Assembly: GCF_009914755.1 (NCBI RefSeq)
Contig: NC_060929.1
From: the human T2T-CHM13v2.0 reference genome, Homo sapiens
Length of the DNA: 64,000 bases
Strand: one strand, 5' to 3'
The notes under the pieces are model-generated. The model searched no databases, was not told where the DNA came from, and saw nothing but the letters and a program-made list of their open reading frames with translations. The stretch's first letter is position 1; each line of letters starts with the position of its first letter. This document shows positions 42,960-58,600 of this stretch, one piece after another. Made by a program: the position numbers and the translations under genes.

Positions 42960-43830
42960 GATGGGAAATACAGGATTGACTCTAAAGGGGTACGACTTTA
43001 TCTTGATCATGGTGGTGATTACCCAAATCTACACATGTGAAAAAAAAAAAAGACATGGAACTATATGTACACATTATACCGTTGGGGCTCAGAAACTGAT
43101 ACACCAAAATATGGCGCTTTGATGTGCTTAACTGAAGAAGAAGCCTTAGGCCTCTCTGACCTTCCTCCTCCCTTCCTTCTCTCAATCCTCTGCGCCTCCC
43201 AAAGCAAAAGATGAAGTTATTCTCTGAAGTTCCCTTATCTGCTGAGAGTCTGGACTTGCCAAAGAAGAAAACAATCACCTCTGGTCCCTTCCCTGAGTTT
43301 TCATTAACTGAACTCATATCACAGGAAGAAAGACTGAAGTCTGTCAACACACCTGAGCAGGTTTTTGTCACGAACCATCGTGTCTGCTCTGCTGGCCCAA
43401 CAGACTTTGTCCTAGGCCGGTGTATGTTCTTCAAGCCCACTGAATTCCCCTAAAAATCATTTACTACTCTCCTAAAATCATCCCTACTTCCCCATCACCC
43501 TTTCCCCTGAGAAGAAGGGTATATAACCATCAGCACCCCACTATGTGGTGGATTAATCACTCTGGGATTCTTCCCTGTGTGTGTTAATAAATTTGTATGC
43601 CTTTTCTCCTATTAATCTGCCTTTTGTCAGTTGATTTTCAGTGAACCTTCAGAAGGCAAAGAGGGAGGCTTGCCCTTGGCCCCTACGATACAAGTTTCCT
43701 GGCTTGGTTGTTGTACTATATGGTTTTATAAAATGCAACCATGGAGAAAACTCGGTGACGAGTACACAGGATCTTTCTCAGCTATCTTTGTAACTTCCTG
43801 TGACTCTATAATTATTCCAAAATAAAAATC
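42960..43830 (+). mobile_element. L1MC/MD-type 3'UTR fragment split by an LTR
   Basis: TATCTTGATCATGGTGGTGATTACCCAAATCTACACATGTGA and GTACACAGGATCTTTCT...TGTAACTTCCTGTGACTCTATAATTATTCCAAAATAAAA. Confidence 0.7.
43080..43687 (+). mobile_element. ERV1 solo LTR, MER39B-like
   Basis: GTTGGGGCTCAGAAACTGATACACCAAAATATGGCGCTTTG; TATATAA and AATAAA internal; 4-bp TSD ATAC (43076-43079, 43688-43691). Confidence 0.82.
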
Positions 43831-44726
43831 AATGGCAGTTATGTAACATGAAGCTACATGCAGGTAATGGTACTTTTGCAGATTTGTGAAGAAAACCAAA
43901 TTCGTGAGTAACATGTACTGCGATGTTAGATTTATCCATACTTTTTAATACTTTGTATTGTATAAAAACTTAGTAAAAAGACACAATTTTAAAATTAATA
44001 TCTGATACAATTTTACTTGTTATTTTAGGGTCGGTATGGTACTAACTCAATTCATATAATTATTATGTCTCCAGGAATAAGATGTATAATGAGGATTCCT
44101 AAGCAAGCCTATGAGTTACTTTGCAAATATTCAAGAAGAATGTATTTATGTTCATCATAACACATAACCCTATTTCCTCATATCTAAACAACATATGGTT
44201 ACTCATATTTAACCAGAACAGCTAACAATAACAACCTATTACTCAATAATCTGGATAAAGAATTTGTAGTGTCAAGAAAAGAGATATATATACAAATACA
44301 TATGTATATCTATAGTTAATACAAATACTCACAAAGTATAACATATAAAATCCAGAGGCTTTTGAAAAGGCAATTCAAGAAGGAAAAAAACATTTTTTAT
44401 GCATTTACCAAATAAGTTAATGTGGAATAAACATTTCATGAAGTGTTCAACATAAAGTGATACAAAAAATGATAAAAGTAGGTTTTATATGTCTATTTGT
44501 AGTATGTGTGTTTATGTTATATACACATATTTTTTAACATAAATTTTCCACTTTTACTAAAACCAATAAAGATAAAGGAAAAGTAGGGCCAAATCCCAGG
44601 CAGATTTGATATCTACAGAAAAACATGAGAGCACTTTCCTGCCACTAAATGGAAATGAAACAATCCTTTCTTTGTGGAACAAATGGAAAGTGAGGATAGC
44701 GACCAAAAGCTTAAGTTTACCCTCAC

Positions 44727-44745
44727 CTGAGTTTTCTTATATCTG
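44727..44745 (-). other. Candidate microexon (19 or 16 nt, tandem TAG/CAG acceptor)
   Basis: Minus strand: long T tract, TCTCTCTGC, ...CAACTAG CAG ATATAAGAAAACTCAG / GTGAGG. Splice-signal pattern only. Confidence 0.3.
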
Positions 44746-45155
44746 CTAGTTGAATACACACATATGATATGATTGCAGAGAGACAAAGGGACCAAAAAAA
44801 AAAAAAAAAAAAAGCAAACAACAGTCACATATTGAAAGCACTTCCCATGCCAAGAACAGCAAACCTAATATCATGGCTTGTGAAGGCGATTCTGTAAGGA
44901 AACAGAGAATTTAATTCAATTTCTTAAAATTAATTGGAACCTTGAATATAAGATGCTGGACTGATAAAGAACCTGAGGCAAATTTCTAGTACATCATAAT
45001 CACATTTTCATGAACAAGAATTTAAAAATCGGAAAGTGCTATAACGAAAAGACATGTGTTTCTTTCTGAATAAAAGCAATACCAAGTGATAAGGGATAAT
45101 CACTGCTTTTCTTTCCTCAGTTTAGTGGGAAAGATCCTATGCTACTGGCAAGTTA

Positions 45156-45190
45156 TTTGTTTGTTTGTTTGTTTGTTTGTTTGTTTGTTT
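45156..45190. repeat. (TTTG)8 STR
   Basis: Read directly. Confidence 0.95.
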
Positions 45191-45773
45191 CGGTAATTAC
45201 AATCCGATCACATTAGTGAGAAAGCTATTTCCCAGGGATAAATTGACCAGGAAGGGATTTTGAATATTTTATGCTACTAGAGCATCATCTTATAACAGTA
45301 ATAATTTCCGGGAGGATTTTACTTGCCTTGAATATTGTGCATCTTCTTGGAACTTTTTCTTAGAAATATTTATAGAACTTTTCAAATCATAGGTATTGTT
45401 ATTTCTTAAGGTGCCTCTTTGGGAGGAATATTAGAAATACCAACTTCCTATAATAGCCTCTACCAAGAAGCAGAGGGCTTGATGGGATAATTTCTAAAAA
45501 CAAACCAAGAAAACCTAAATACATTTTTAGTACCAAGGTGATGACCATTTATCAAAGAAGTAAATAATTTCATGCGTTAAATCATTTCCTTATAGTTTTT
45601 CATTAGTAACTGAGTTAATGCTGAATTTTTAGACTGACTAGCTTGTTTCAACTTTGACACATATTGTGTTCAAGAAATAATTATTAAGTGAATAAAAATC
45701 ATATTCTGCACATAGTAAAAATCAAAGTCTATCTTATAATCTGTCACATACCAAAATTATAGCTTTCAATTTA

Positions 45774-46075
45774 TTTTCTTTCTTTATTTTTTGAGACAGG
45801 GTCTCACTCTGTCACCCAGGCTAGAGTGCAGTGGCATAATCAGAGCTCACTGCAGCCTTGACTTCTCAGGCTCAGGTGATCCTCCCAACTCAGCTTCCTG
45901 AGTACCTGGGAATTACAGGTGTGCACCACAATGCCCGGCTAATGTTTGTATTTTTTGCAGAGATGGGGTCTCACTATGTTGGCCAGGCTGGTCTTGAATT
46001 CCTGGGCTCAAGTGATCCTCCCACCTCAGCCTCCCAAAGTACTGGAATTACAGGTGTGAGCCAGTGTGCCTGGCC
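45774..46075 (-). mobile_element. AluJ
   Basis: GAGACAGGGTCTCACTCTG, CACTGCAGCCTTGAC, GGGCTCAAGTGATCCTCCC; CTTTCAATTTA on both flanks. Confidence 0.94.
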
Positions 46076-47420
46076 TATACCTTTCAATTTATAATTCTGA
46101 GTCGAACATTCAAGAGAGCCAAGGGAAATTTTCTTGAGATTGTAAGGAGTAAAATTCCTAATCTAGTTACAGAAGCTAAGTGGGACTACAGGAGACATGG
46201 GTAGAGCTGAGGCCTACCATCATCACAAATATTGCCTGAGCCATTATGCCATTATTTTTGCAACAACACCTGTTCCTGAAGAACAACATGGAGAGACACC
46301 AATGAATAAGCCACATTACATTTTAGGGGGCAGGACTGGGCATTTGAGGGTTGTGAGAAACATGTAAACTGAGTTGCCAGAAGGTTACTAGAAGGAATCT
46401 TCTTCTCTAGTTCCTACTGACAGATGTGTGTGACCACTTGATGCAAAGCTCTCTTCTTAAGGATATAAGCCACATGAACCATAGCTATGGAAGGTATAGA
46501 AAGGAAAATCTTAAGATTTTCTTTCTGGATATGAGGCCTCACTTGCGACTAACTAAAGTGCATTTTGTTATTATTCTTTCCTTACTATTCATTTTAAATG
46601 AGTGGGTTTGTGGTGTTTCTAAAAATTTAATTGACTGTCTTTGGCTTGTAATGCTCTGAAGTGTAAACAGGTGAAACTGGGAAAAGAAAATGAATTATCC
46701 AGGATTTCTAGACAGTAGGATCCTGTTGAAAGTCAGCATGACCAAATATTTTGCACATCCCCTGTGCACCACACAAAACAAGCAATAAAGCTGTGCTTAT
46801 AGAAAGTTTTTGAAAAAAATTACATCAAGTCTTGTCTTAACCAGTCGGAAGGCAATTGTGAATGGTGAGATTCCTCTCTTTATTAATTACTTAAACTTCC
46901 ATAATGAAATTCAGGTGTGATCCCTAAGGCTCTGCAGCCCAGAACAGTTAAATGAACTGCAGAATATGGTATTTGCCAAAGGGGAATTAATTATGTTAAG
47001 AGATGTATACTATGAATACCAACAAGCCTAAATATGTGCTGAATAGTAGAAAAGGGATAAACTAGAATTTTACATTATAAAATTCCACCAACCTCACAAT
47101 CATGGCCCATCATCTGGTTGAACATTTTTGGTTTTGTTTCATTTTTACTTTTGCCATTTTGATCTATGCTTGCACCAACTGCCACATCCAACCTGGCCAT
47201 CTGCAGCACACGGGGAACTTTTTCTTATACCCTCCCCTCCCCAGTAATCCATGGGACCTATTATTTAATCAAAGAATCAAATACTAGCCCTCAGGTCAAA
47301 CAATGAGAACAAACTCACTCCCTGTATTTTGCGCTGAACATTCCCAGAAAAGAGTCATTACTAATATGCATATTAAAGTGTACTTATGCCAATATCAACC
47401 AGTTAGTAATAGACAGTATT

Positions 47421-47724
47421 TCTTTCTTTCTTTTTTTTTTGAGACGGAGTCTTGTTTTGTCACCCAGGCTGGAGTGCAGAGGCGTGATCGTGGCTCACTG
47501 CAAGCTCCACCTCCTGGGTTCATGCCATTCATTCTTCTGCCTCAGCCTCCCTAGTAGGTGGGATTACAGGCACCCGCCACCACGCCCGGCTAATTTTTTT
47601 GTATTTTTAGTAAAGACGGGGTTTCACCATGTTAGCCAGGATGGTCTTGATCTCCTGAACTTGTGATCCGCCTGTCTCGGCCTCCCAAAATGCTGGGATT
47701 ACAGGCATGAGCCACTGCACCCGG
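47421..47724 (-). mobile_element. AluY-like
   Basis: CAAGCTCCACCTCCTGGGTTCATGCCATTC, GTTAGCCAGGATGGTCT; flanks GACAGTATTTCT / GACAATATTTCT. Confidence 0.94.
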
Positions 47725-48216
47725 TGACAATATTTCTGTTTTGGGGTAGCAATGATAACTTATATAAATGATGAATCATTCCAAGTTCCATAACTGCAAT
47801 CGGTCAAAAGATTAAATTATTTTCAATCTGCCCCACAGCCATATGTGTTATAATTTTATAGTCCTTTCTTAATACAAAGTCCCATAACAACCTCAGAGCC
47901 TCAAAAGCTCTTTCACTAATTTGAGTAAATTTTCTCTTTTCCCATTCAAAATTCACCTCCTTAATTCACCATCAAGGGGGTGGACCAGGTTGAGGGGAAT
48001 CTTCTTTTTAGTAAATTAAAAAAAAAAAAAAACCACAACTGAATGCAATAACATTTTCTAAGTTTCTAGCAAAGTGTTAGTTTCCTTAGATTTTTACCAA
48101 TATGTCAAAAGTTGATATTTAATAATCTGTTCTACCCAACACTTAATTGGCAGTCTATCCATTGAAGGCAAAGAGCAGAAATGAATGTCTCTCTCTGAAT
48201 ACACTAAGTGTAGTCA

Positions 48217-48547
<331 letters not shown>

Positions 48548-48584
48548 TTACGAAGAATTCATGGTGTAATTGAGAAGGCTGCAA

Positions 48585-48812
48585 ATAGTTGTTTTAGATT
48601 GCAGGTTCTTGAGTCAGACTCTCTGGGTTCGAATCTCAGCTCTGTCTTTTACTTGCCCTATAACCTTGGGCAACTTCCTTAAGGAATTTTCTCAGATGTA
48701 AAATGGGGATGATTACAGTAACTACTTCCTCAGGTTGTCAGGAGTACATGAGATAATGTTTGTTAAATGCCTCTCACAATGTCTGGAAAATAGTTAATTT
48801 ATAAAAACAGTT
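48585..48812 (+). mobile_element. MIR, near full length
   Basis: GAGTCAGACTCTCTGGGTTCGAATCTCAGCTCTG...ACCTTGGGCAA...TGTAAAATGGGGATGAT...GAGATAATG. Confidence 0.85.
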
Positions 48813-48884
48813 ACCACCACCACCACCACCACCACCACTACCACCACCACCACCACCACCACCACCACCACCACCACCACCACT
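48813..48884. repeat. (ACC)8 ACT (ACC)14 ACT trinucleotide repeat
   Basis: Counted directly. Confidence 0.95.
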
Positions 48885-49082
48885 ACACCTAGAGAAGCAT
48901 GCTAAAGAGAAGACACAATACAGCTCTCAAAGAGTTTACAATCTCAATTTGCAAGTATTAAAAACCCCCACTCTCTAAAAATATGGTAGACATATTAAGC
49001 ATATGTAACATATGCAATAAATACACACATCATACTTTCAGTAAAATATAAAGTATTCATATTCAAAAGGCTTCTGAAAGTA

Positions 49083-49686
<604 letters not shown>

Positions 49687-49989
49687 GGACTTCTGAAAGT
49701 GAGTCAGGATATAAGTGGAAAAGTACCTGCTATACGACAAGCAAAGCCAAAGCAGCAGTTATGTATAAGACACATAAGGGCTTCAACACAGAGTTTTTGG
49801 AGGGGGGATAATATTTTAAAAAATAAATAAAAGGTTGTGGACTGCTCCATAGAAATAACACATTACTACATATTGTAACTATCATTTCTTAAGAGAAAGG
49901 ACATTAATGGAAATGTTGGAAGGACATAAGATCAGAATTTAAAAGTCTTTTCAATTTTATGTCTTTGGATTTTTACATTTTGAACACTG

Positions 49990-50330
49990 AAACAGAGAGA
50001 TGTGATAGGGAGTGACTGAGGAGTGTGAGAAAGCTACCTGAGCTGAGAGTTGAAGCTAGACATACAAAGATCTGAAGCAAGGTAATTCTGGGAAGCATCA
50101 CCAGCTAATTCAAAGGTCCCGAGGCAGCAGTGAGTTTGGCTTGTGCCAAGAACAGAGAGAGAACCAGTGGGATAAAATAAAGGCAGGCAAACAAGCAGAT
50201 GCAAGATTACATAAACTCTTGAGTTGGGTTTGATGGGTTTCAGCAGAGATGTGCCATGATATCAAGATGAGAATTAGAAGGAATCTCCTACCTGCTAAAG
50301 GGCAAAGAGCACTAAAATGGAAGGAAAATC
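49990..50330 (-). mobile_element. L2 remnant
   Basis: CCTGAGCTGAGAGTTGAAG...CAAAGGTCCCGAGGCAG...AAGAACAGAGAGAGAACCAGTG. Confidence 0.55.
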
Positions 50331-51703
50331 AGTTCTAATATTAGAGCCACATTAACGTTGAAAGTGCCATTCAAGCTAATGAAAAAACTAGAAAGTAATG
50401 ATGGTTGAAAAGATTAGGATGATTTAGGTCAACATGTTAAATTTAAGAAGAGAATGTGACACAAACAAGGAGCCACCTGGAAACCACTGTAAATGCAAGT
50501 AGCACATACTTAGAGTCTGCTTATTTCTATACACGTGGAAGCTACTATGTACAGATGGTACATGTGTACAGGTTGGGACAAGATAAACTCCCCCAAACCA
50601 GGGGGAGTCTAAGATCATGGTTAGAAGACTAAAAGATTTAAGCTTTATTATTGAGGCACTCAAAATGAGAAAAAAGTTTGTGCCGACATAGCATTTTTTA
50701 ATACTAAGACAGACATTTAAGACTATCTAGACAAAAATTAATACCTGTAAGCCACTCTTGTGCATCACTTTGGGAAAGATAACTTGATGCTCAGACCATT
50801 AAAGTAATGCCATCTAGTTCCTGGAACTACCAGCTCAAATGTCATCTTGGCCACTCAGTCAAAGTAGATGAATAGACGACATTCTATTTCATGATGGGAA
50901 GATTCTGGAAGAGGTCTTAAAGGAAACATTCAAGTTTTATCTTGTGCAGAAGAAGTGTAGATAGAATACATGGCACTTATGAGAAAAGAGGATTGTCCTA
51001 TTCTAGATAACATTTGCCCAGCTGTAGAGGCACTACCCTGGAGGCAACAGACCATGCGACCTGTTGCTTCAGTGATATAATTCACTTGAGAAATAAAGCT
51101 GTGTTATGGAAAGTTTATTCAGAGCTGCATCATATAATGGCCCACCTGAATGTGCCCCATTCTACCAAAAAACAAATTCCAAAATATACCACCATTCATG
51201 GCGAGAGTACTTGACATGCTCTTGTCTTTGTTGTCTAAAAAATAATCGTCCTTCACCCGAGACTTCGCAAAATGCAAGAACTAAATGCAGTTTCCCCATG
51301 ACACAGATCATCTACATCCTTCCACAATCCCCAACACACACACACTAGATTTGTGATATCAATGACAAAGTTTTTCTTGGGCTCGTTATATAGAAAGGAA
51401 AAAGGATGTTTGGAAATTTTGTGAAACACCTAATTCCTAAGAAAAACATTTGTATCATCATCATTCCAATCACTGGTCAGGTATGATTAAATAATATATA
51501 ATTGGCATGATTAAGGTAGAGCAGCCTTTCTACTTACTAACAGAAAACACATTTTCCACCTCATACTGACTACAGGCAATCAAGCTCTAGAAACTCCTAC
51601 TCTATCCCTCTCAAGGCTGAGAATGGAGCATGTGAGGACTTTATCCTCAAAAGAGAGAAAATTTAGAAGACTCTTCTGGCTTTTAAATTTTTCTTAGGTC
51701 TAA

Positions 51704-52039
<336 letters not shown>

Positions 52040-52551
52040 TTGTTTATTCATGACTCCTTTTGGTACATCTATGTTGAGAACATATTACATGCCAGGTACA
52101 ATGACAAAAAAAAAAATGTGACAGGCAAGAGAAGAAATTTCTCACAATGCAAATAAGACTATAGGGTAAGAGAAGAGACTACTTAAGCATGGGAATTACT
52201 GTTGCACAAAACTAAAACTTAAGGATAGGGATGTTTGGTATTATTATTTCAATCATGCATAAAGCTACTCAACCTCTTGACTCTTATTGTAAATTAGAAT
52301 TAAACATAAAAAGTTCTGGTTCCTGACATTTTCTGATGGCCCAAATTTTCTATTCTTCTTTTATTTTAATTGTAATCTATTTCCTGGATTAACAGGCCAC
52401 CTTGAACTAAAAATGTTGGTTAATGTTTTACTTGATCCCCATATTTGGAGTCAGGTAGGTATGTCTGTATATATGTACATATATAAGTATTTTTCATGCC
52501 TGTGGAAGTTGGAATCTACAGCTATATAAGGTTAAAAAAAAAAAAAAGACT

Positions 52552-53198
<647 letters not shown>

Positions 53199-53296
53199 AA
53201 ATCACTTTAAAATCTTTTAGAGTTGTTGAATATTTTGTTAAGAAAATACCACAGAAATAATAGTTTGAAATGGCACTTTAAATTAGACATCATTAA

Positions 53297-53617
<321 letters not shown>

Positions 53618-54180
53618 ACAAGGTCTGTCTTAGGTTGTCTTGTCATTATTCCCCCAGAATATTTTGAAAAAGGAAGAGAAGGTATAACTAGTGTTTGCTT
53701 AAGCATTAAGACGTTCCCATTGTTTTCACTAAAATTGAAAAATTAATCCATTTTGTTGTGGATTGATTTGATTCCCAGGATGAGTGTAAGGCAGGACTCA
53801 TAGAAACTGCCTGTTTGGCCCTTGCTGAAATAAATAAATGACTTACAAAAATAATACCCATACTATGGACCCTAACATTCTTATCCTCTAAGCTTCAACC
53901 ACATGAATCTTGAAATTGACAATAGAGCCAGAAAGAACAAACAGTAAACTATTTACAGTCACTCCCTTCTACTACTGTGAATAAAATGCATTCAAATGCT
54001 ATTTGTTAAAGTAAAGGTGGTCACCCTACCAAATTGCTATGTAACTACTTCTGGAAATATTTCTACACTGTAGGCAGGCATAACAAATTTCTGAAGTAAA
54101 ACATAATTTGGTGGGTATGAAAAGATACTTTGTAAACATCAACTAATAAAGAAATACACTTAAAAACAAAAAAAAAGACA

Positions 54181-54474
54181 GAGAGACAGGGTCTCACTCT
54201 GTTGCCCAGGCTGGAGTGCAGTGGCACAATCATAGCTCACTATAACCTCAACCTCCTGGGCTCAAGCAATCTTCGCACCTCAGCCTCCTGAGTAGCTCAG
54301 ACTACAAAAGCACATGCCGCCACACTCAGCTAAATAACTTTTTTTTTTTTTAGAGACGGGGGGCGGTCTCTCATTGTGTTGACAGGCCGGTCTTGAACTC
54401 CTGGCCTCAAGCAATCTACCTGCCTCGGACTCCCAAAGTGCTGGGATTACAGGTGTGAGCCACCACACCTGGCC
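54181..54474 (-). mobile_element. AluJ with atypical tail
   Basis: GAGACAGGGTCTCACTCTG, CATAGCTCAC, GGCTCAAGCAATC; flanks AAGAAATA(C/T)ACTT. Confidence 0.92.
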
Positions 54475-55203
54475 TAAGAAATATACTTTTTGAATGACTT
54501 AATCTAAAATATTAAAATTCTAACAAGTCAAAACACATGCACCCTTTGAAAACGACTTCTGGCTGAGAACATAGGCAAGACAAATATAGCAAATGAAATA
54601 GGTTAATTAAAAAAAAACCTGTCAGTTATTTAAATTTTTAAAATACTTTTTAAGTTCAGAGACATACTGAATCATATTCCTCAGTTATCAGCAAGTGCTT
54701 TTGATAGCTTTATGAAATCAGCTCACAAGTTTGTTAAACTCACATTAAGAACTCAATCCCAGATGTAGTTATGATATCAAATAAAGGAACTGTCTGGAGG
54801 AAGAAATGTACAGACATAGTAATCAAATTCTCATACAGGATTAATGAATGACATGTAGGCCAAAAGATGATTCATCTTATTTTAAAAGTAACTTTAAAAA
54901 AAACTTTGATTATTTTAGAATAAAACACATATCCTTATAGGTTTCCTTAGGCAGTGTCAAAATTAATTAAATGTATTTATGATATATTAATACTTGGTCA
55001 TCAGAAATGTAACAGAAAGGGAAAACATAACTCTTTTGAAGAGTATACCTCATCTTTTCCAAATCAAGATGAGTCAAATGAAATTTGCACAAATTTTCCA
55101 AACAAAGGAATATCCAGGAACTAGACATCATTACTAAATTAGCAAATCTTTAAGAAATATCTTAAGATAATGTAATGATAAAGCCCACTTTTAAATATGA
55201 GAG

Positions 55204-55253
55204 CTATTTCCAATGCAGTGTCTATTTCCAATACAGAGTCTATTTCCGATACA
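55204..55253. repeat. 18-bp tandem repeat, about 2.8 copies (CTATTTCCAATRCAGWGT)
   Basis: Units at 55204, 55222, 55240. Confidence 0.8.
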
Positions 55254-55421
55254 TTTTTTGTTTTAATAGAGTCATATTTGAACTATGTTTCTTTCAATAG
55301 AAATTGACTATTTTTTAAAACCCAAGTCCATTAAACAGTGAGTTAAGAAAAATTACTTGAAAAAATTAGCTAAAGTCTCCCAACTACTTACTTATAAAGT
55401 GAGAAAAATAAAATTAATATT

Positions 55422-55675
55422 AGGCTGAGGTGAGAGGATCACTTGAGGCTAGGACATTGATATCAGCCTAGGCAACATAGCAAGATCCCATTTCTAAAAA
55501 AAGAAAAACTCAGCATGGTGGTGCATGCCTACAGAGTCCCAGCTACTCAGGAAGCTGATGTGGGAGGATCACTTGAGCCCAGGGGTTCAAAGTTGCAGTG
55601 AGCTAAGATCACACCAATGCACTCCAGTCTGGGCAACAGAGTGAGACCCCGCTTCGTAAAAAAGAAAAAAAAAAA
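55422..55675 (+). mobile_element. 5'-truncated AluJ
   Basis: Starts at GGCTGAGGTGAGAGGATCACTTGAG; GGAGGATCACTTGAGCCCAGG; A-tail. Confidence 0.9.
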
Positions 55676-58600
55676 GGGATTTTGATCAGATATAAGAAAC
55701 ATTCTGGGAATCAAAGAAAAACATCAAATTATTCAAAATGAAATATCCCTCATGTAAATTACATGTTTAAAAGTGACTACACATTATTTGCAATGTTTTT
55801 AAAATTTCAAATAAAATTTATCCAATAAATTACTTTATAGTCTCATTTCTGGCACCAGTAATAATATCAATATGTTAAATAGAAATGCTTTTTATTTAAA
55901 ATCAGATTTAAAAGATATAGTCCATCCAATTTCTACTTCTACATTTCTACATATTCCAATACTGACTGAAGGCAAACACCTCATTTCCTTCAGTGTTTAC
56001 TCCCCTCTGATAAAAACGCTGAGGGTATACCAAGCGTAGGACTCTGTTTTCCTTCAAATCCATACTTTGTTCCTGTGAACTCACTTGGGGGAAAAAAAAA
56101 ACTATATTTTTGTATAAGCTGAATGAGAAGCACTTGTAAAGATTGTCAGATACTTAATGTGGCAGATGGATAAAAGGGATGGGATGAGCTCTATTTTCAG
56201 ACTAATAAAAACCTAATTATTTCAGAATCAATTATATTTATGACTAATTTTTTAAAGTCCAAAAATGTATTTTGTCATGAGAAATTTGAGCTCCAAAATT
56301 AAATAGATTTAGTGTTTTGTTTCCTATACTGGATTATATTTCAAAAATGGTTTTAGGTGGAATTGTAAAGATAAGCAATTTTAGCACATCTTAATAAATC
56401 CAAAGACACAAAATTCAAAGGGATGATTTTATTTTTAAATGGTAATTTACGTAAAAGCGATTCATCATATATAAGGAAGAATATATTTTCTTGGTTTATA
56501 TCTTTTATAATTAAAACTGAGAAATAAAACTGTGGGGAATATAAATGTCTTATACAGGTTTTTATTTGTCAGAAATTAGTCTATTATTAGGTTACAGAAA
56601 ATCTTAGATTTTAAATGACATTGAACCTACTAAGCCATACATTTTTTTAAATCCCCACAATATCTAAAACTTTTACCCTTGAAAGAAAACACACTACTGT
56701 TTCAACTATAAGCAAAGTTGTCTCCAAGTATTAAATGTATATTTCTTAAAGACTTAAAAAATTAATAAACATTTTAAAGAATATATTTATTAAGTTTCCA
56801 GGAAATATTCTGTCCTTACCCTTTATTTTTCTATTTGGAATACATTGAACTTAGAAATATGTCCAAGATAAAGAAAAAGTTTACATAGTTTTCTGTGAAA
56901 AATGATGACCAATACAGAAAATGTAGTAAATACATGAATGAAATGTAAGAAAGTAATAATTTATTTTTTATTTGCACAGATTAAGTTAATCCACACTGAA
57001 AACTAGCCACTGAACTAAAAAAGCAATAGCTAGAAAAAGTTTACGTGACGTCTAATGCCTCCACCCTAATTATCATTAGGTTTTACCTGCCAAGTAAAAA
57101 TAGACACTCTAGAAAATATTTCAAAGGTTTTAGTATGCTTGACCCAGGACTATTGGCAACCATTGTGAACTTCAGGGATGATTACGGTATTTAATAATGA
57201 AATGCTTAAGTACACCTGAAAATGGATGATAGGCACTTTTAAAACTTCATTTGTTTTTACCTCCATTTCATTAGAGTCGTTATAGTATTAAAAATATTAT
57301 ATTTGCAACTCAAGGGGACATCATAGTATGCTAACAAGCTAAAACAAACCTATCATTTATTTCCACTGTTTCTTGGCAGCAATATAATGATTTTAATTCA
57401 AGGCTTTCCAAATTCTGCAAACATTATGGACCTTTCATCACAGTATTAGATTATCTATCCGAATCTCCAAACTATTACATATCTTAGAAATAATTTTTTA
57501 TTTAGTAATCATTTTAATTGTCTAATCAACACCTTGAATTGAAAATCATACTTTAATTGCCAACTGTATATAACCTATGTAATTAATTTAATGCCCAGTA
57601 ATTTATAGCTGATTATAGCAACATATATTTTAATGAGAGCATGTACAAGTGAATGTAATGAAATTGCTAATTCCTAAAAAGTTTTTGCTTATTTATACCT
57701 TGCTTAGAGTTAACAGGAAAATTATATTTTATCCAAACATTATGCACTGCAATAATGGCATAATGAAGACATAAGACTCTCCTGGCCTAATCTGATTCTC
57801 TGCAGAGCAGATGTAGTTAGTACTTAGCAGTCTAGACTAAATATAAGGAGATTTATTTTAAAGTGCATCTTTACCAATACTCTTGTGATGGTCCCAAGAT
57901 GAACTTAAGTTTACTTAATTATAATGATAAATTGTTAAAACATATATAAAATCCCAAACAGAGGCATTCCAAAAATAACAGAGAACTAAGTTCCACCAAG
58001 AGCCCATCAAAACTCAAGTGTAAACCTCATGTAAGTCATTGAAAACAATGAAATACCTTAAAGGTAATTGAATAATTGAACAGTGAAATAAACCAAAATT
58101 AGAGTGATATAAATAAGACTTCCATTTGTTTCCATCTCACTCTGTGAATTTACATGTAAGATTAAGTGATAAACTAACACTTATAAATATAATTTTTAGC
58201 TTAATAAAACAGACTGGTCTTATTTGTAAACATATATATATATATATGATTCACAGATATAAAATAAGGGACAATCAAATACTAAGACATTTGCTGTCTT
58301 TGGAGAAATCATCATCATTGCCATATATTCATACCCCATTTCCAAATTATAAATTCACTTGGGAAAATCAAAGACTTTCATTATATTGACACAAAAGTTA
58401 ACAGAGTTGATCTATGCCTTTACAATTCTTTTTAAGGTGTCAGACACGCCAAGCTCTTCCTCCATGCTTTGTAATTTCAAAACATACTCCAAGATGCAAT
58501 AAAGTTCTTAGTGATCAAAATGAAGTGCTGAGATTGCCAGAGATTACAGGAGACCAACCACTAGGTCTCTGCGATTCCAGCAATCATGGTGACAGGGAAG

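Noticed and set aside
42982-43440. 152-aa minus-strand ORF
   Set aside because: Lies antisense across the MER39B-like LTR and L1 3'UTR; no recognisable domain
56902-56999. ATGATGA...CTGA spacing resembling a C/D box snoRNA
   Set aside because: Very AT-rich, no convincing terminal stem, internal boxes or guide sequence
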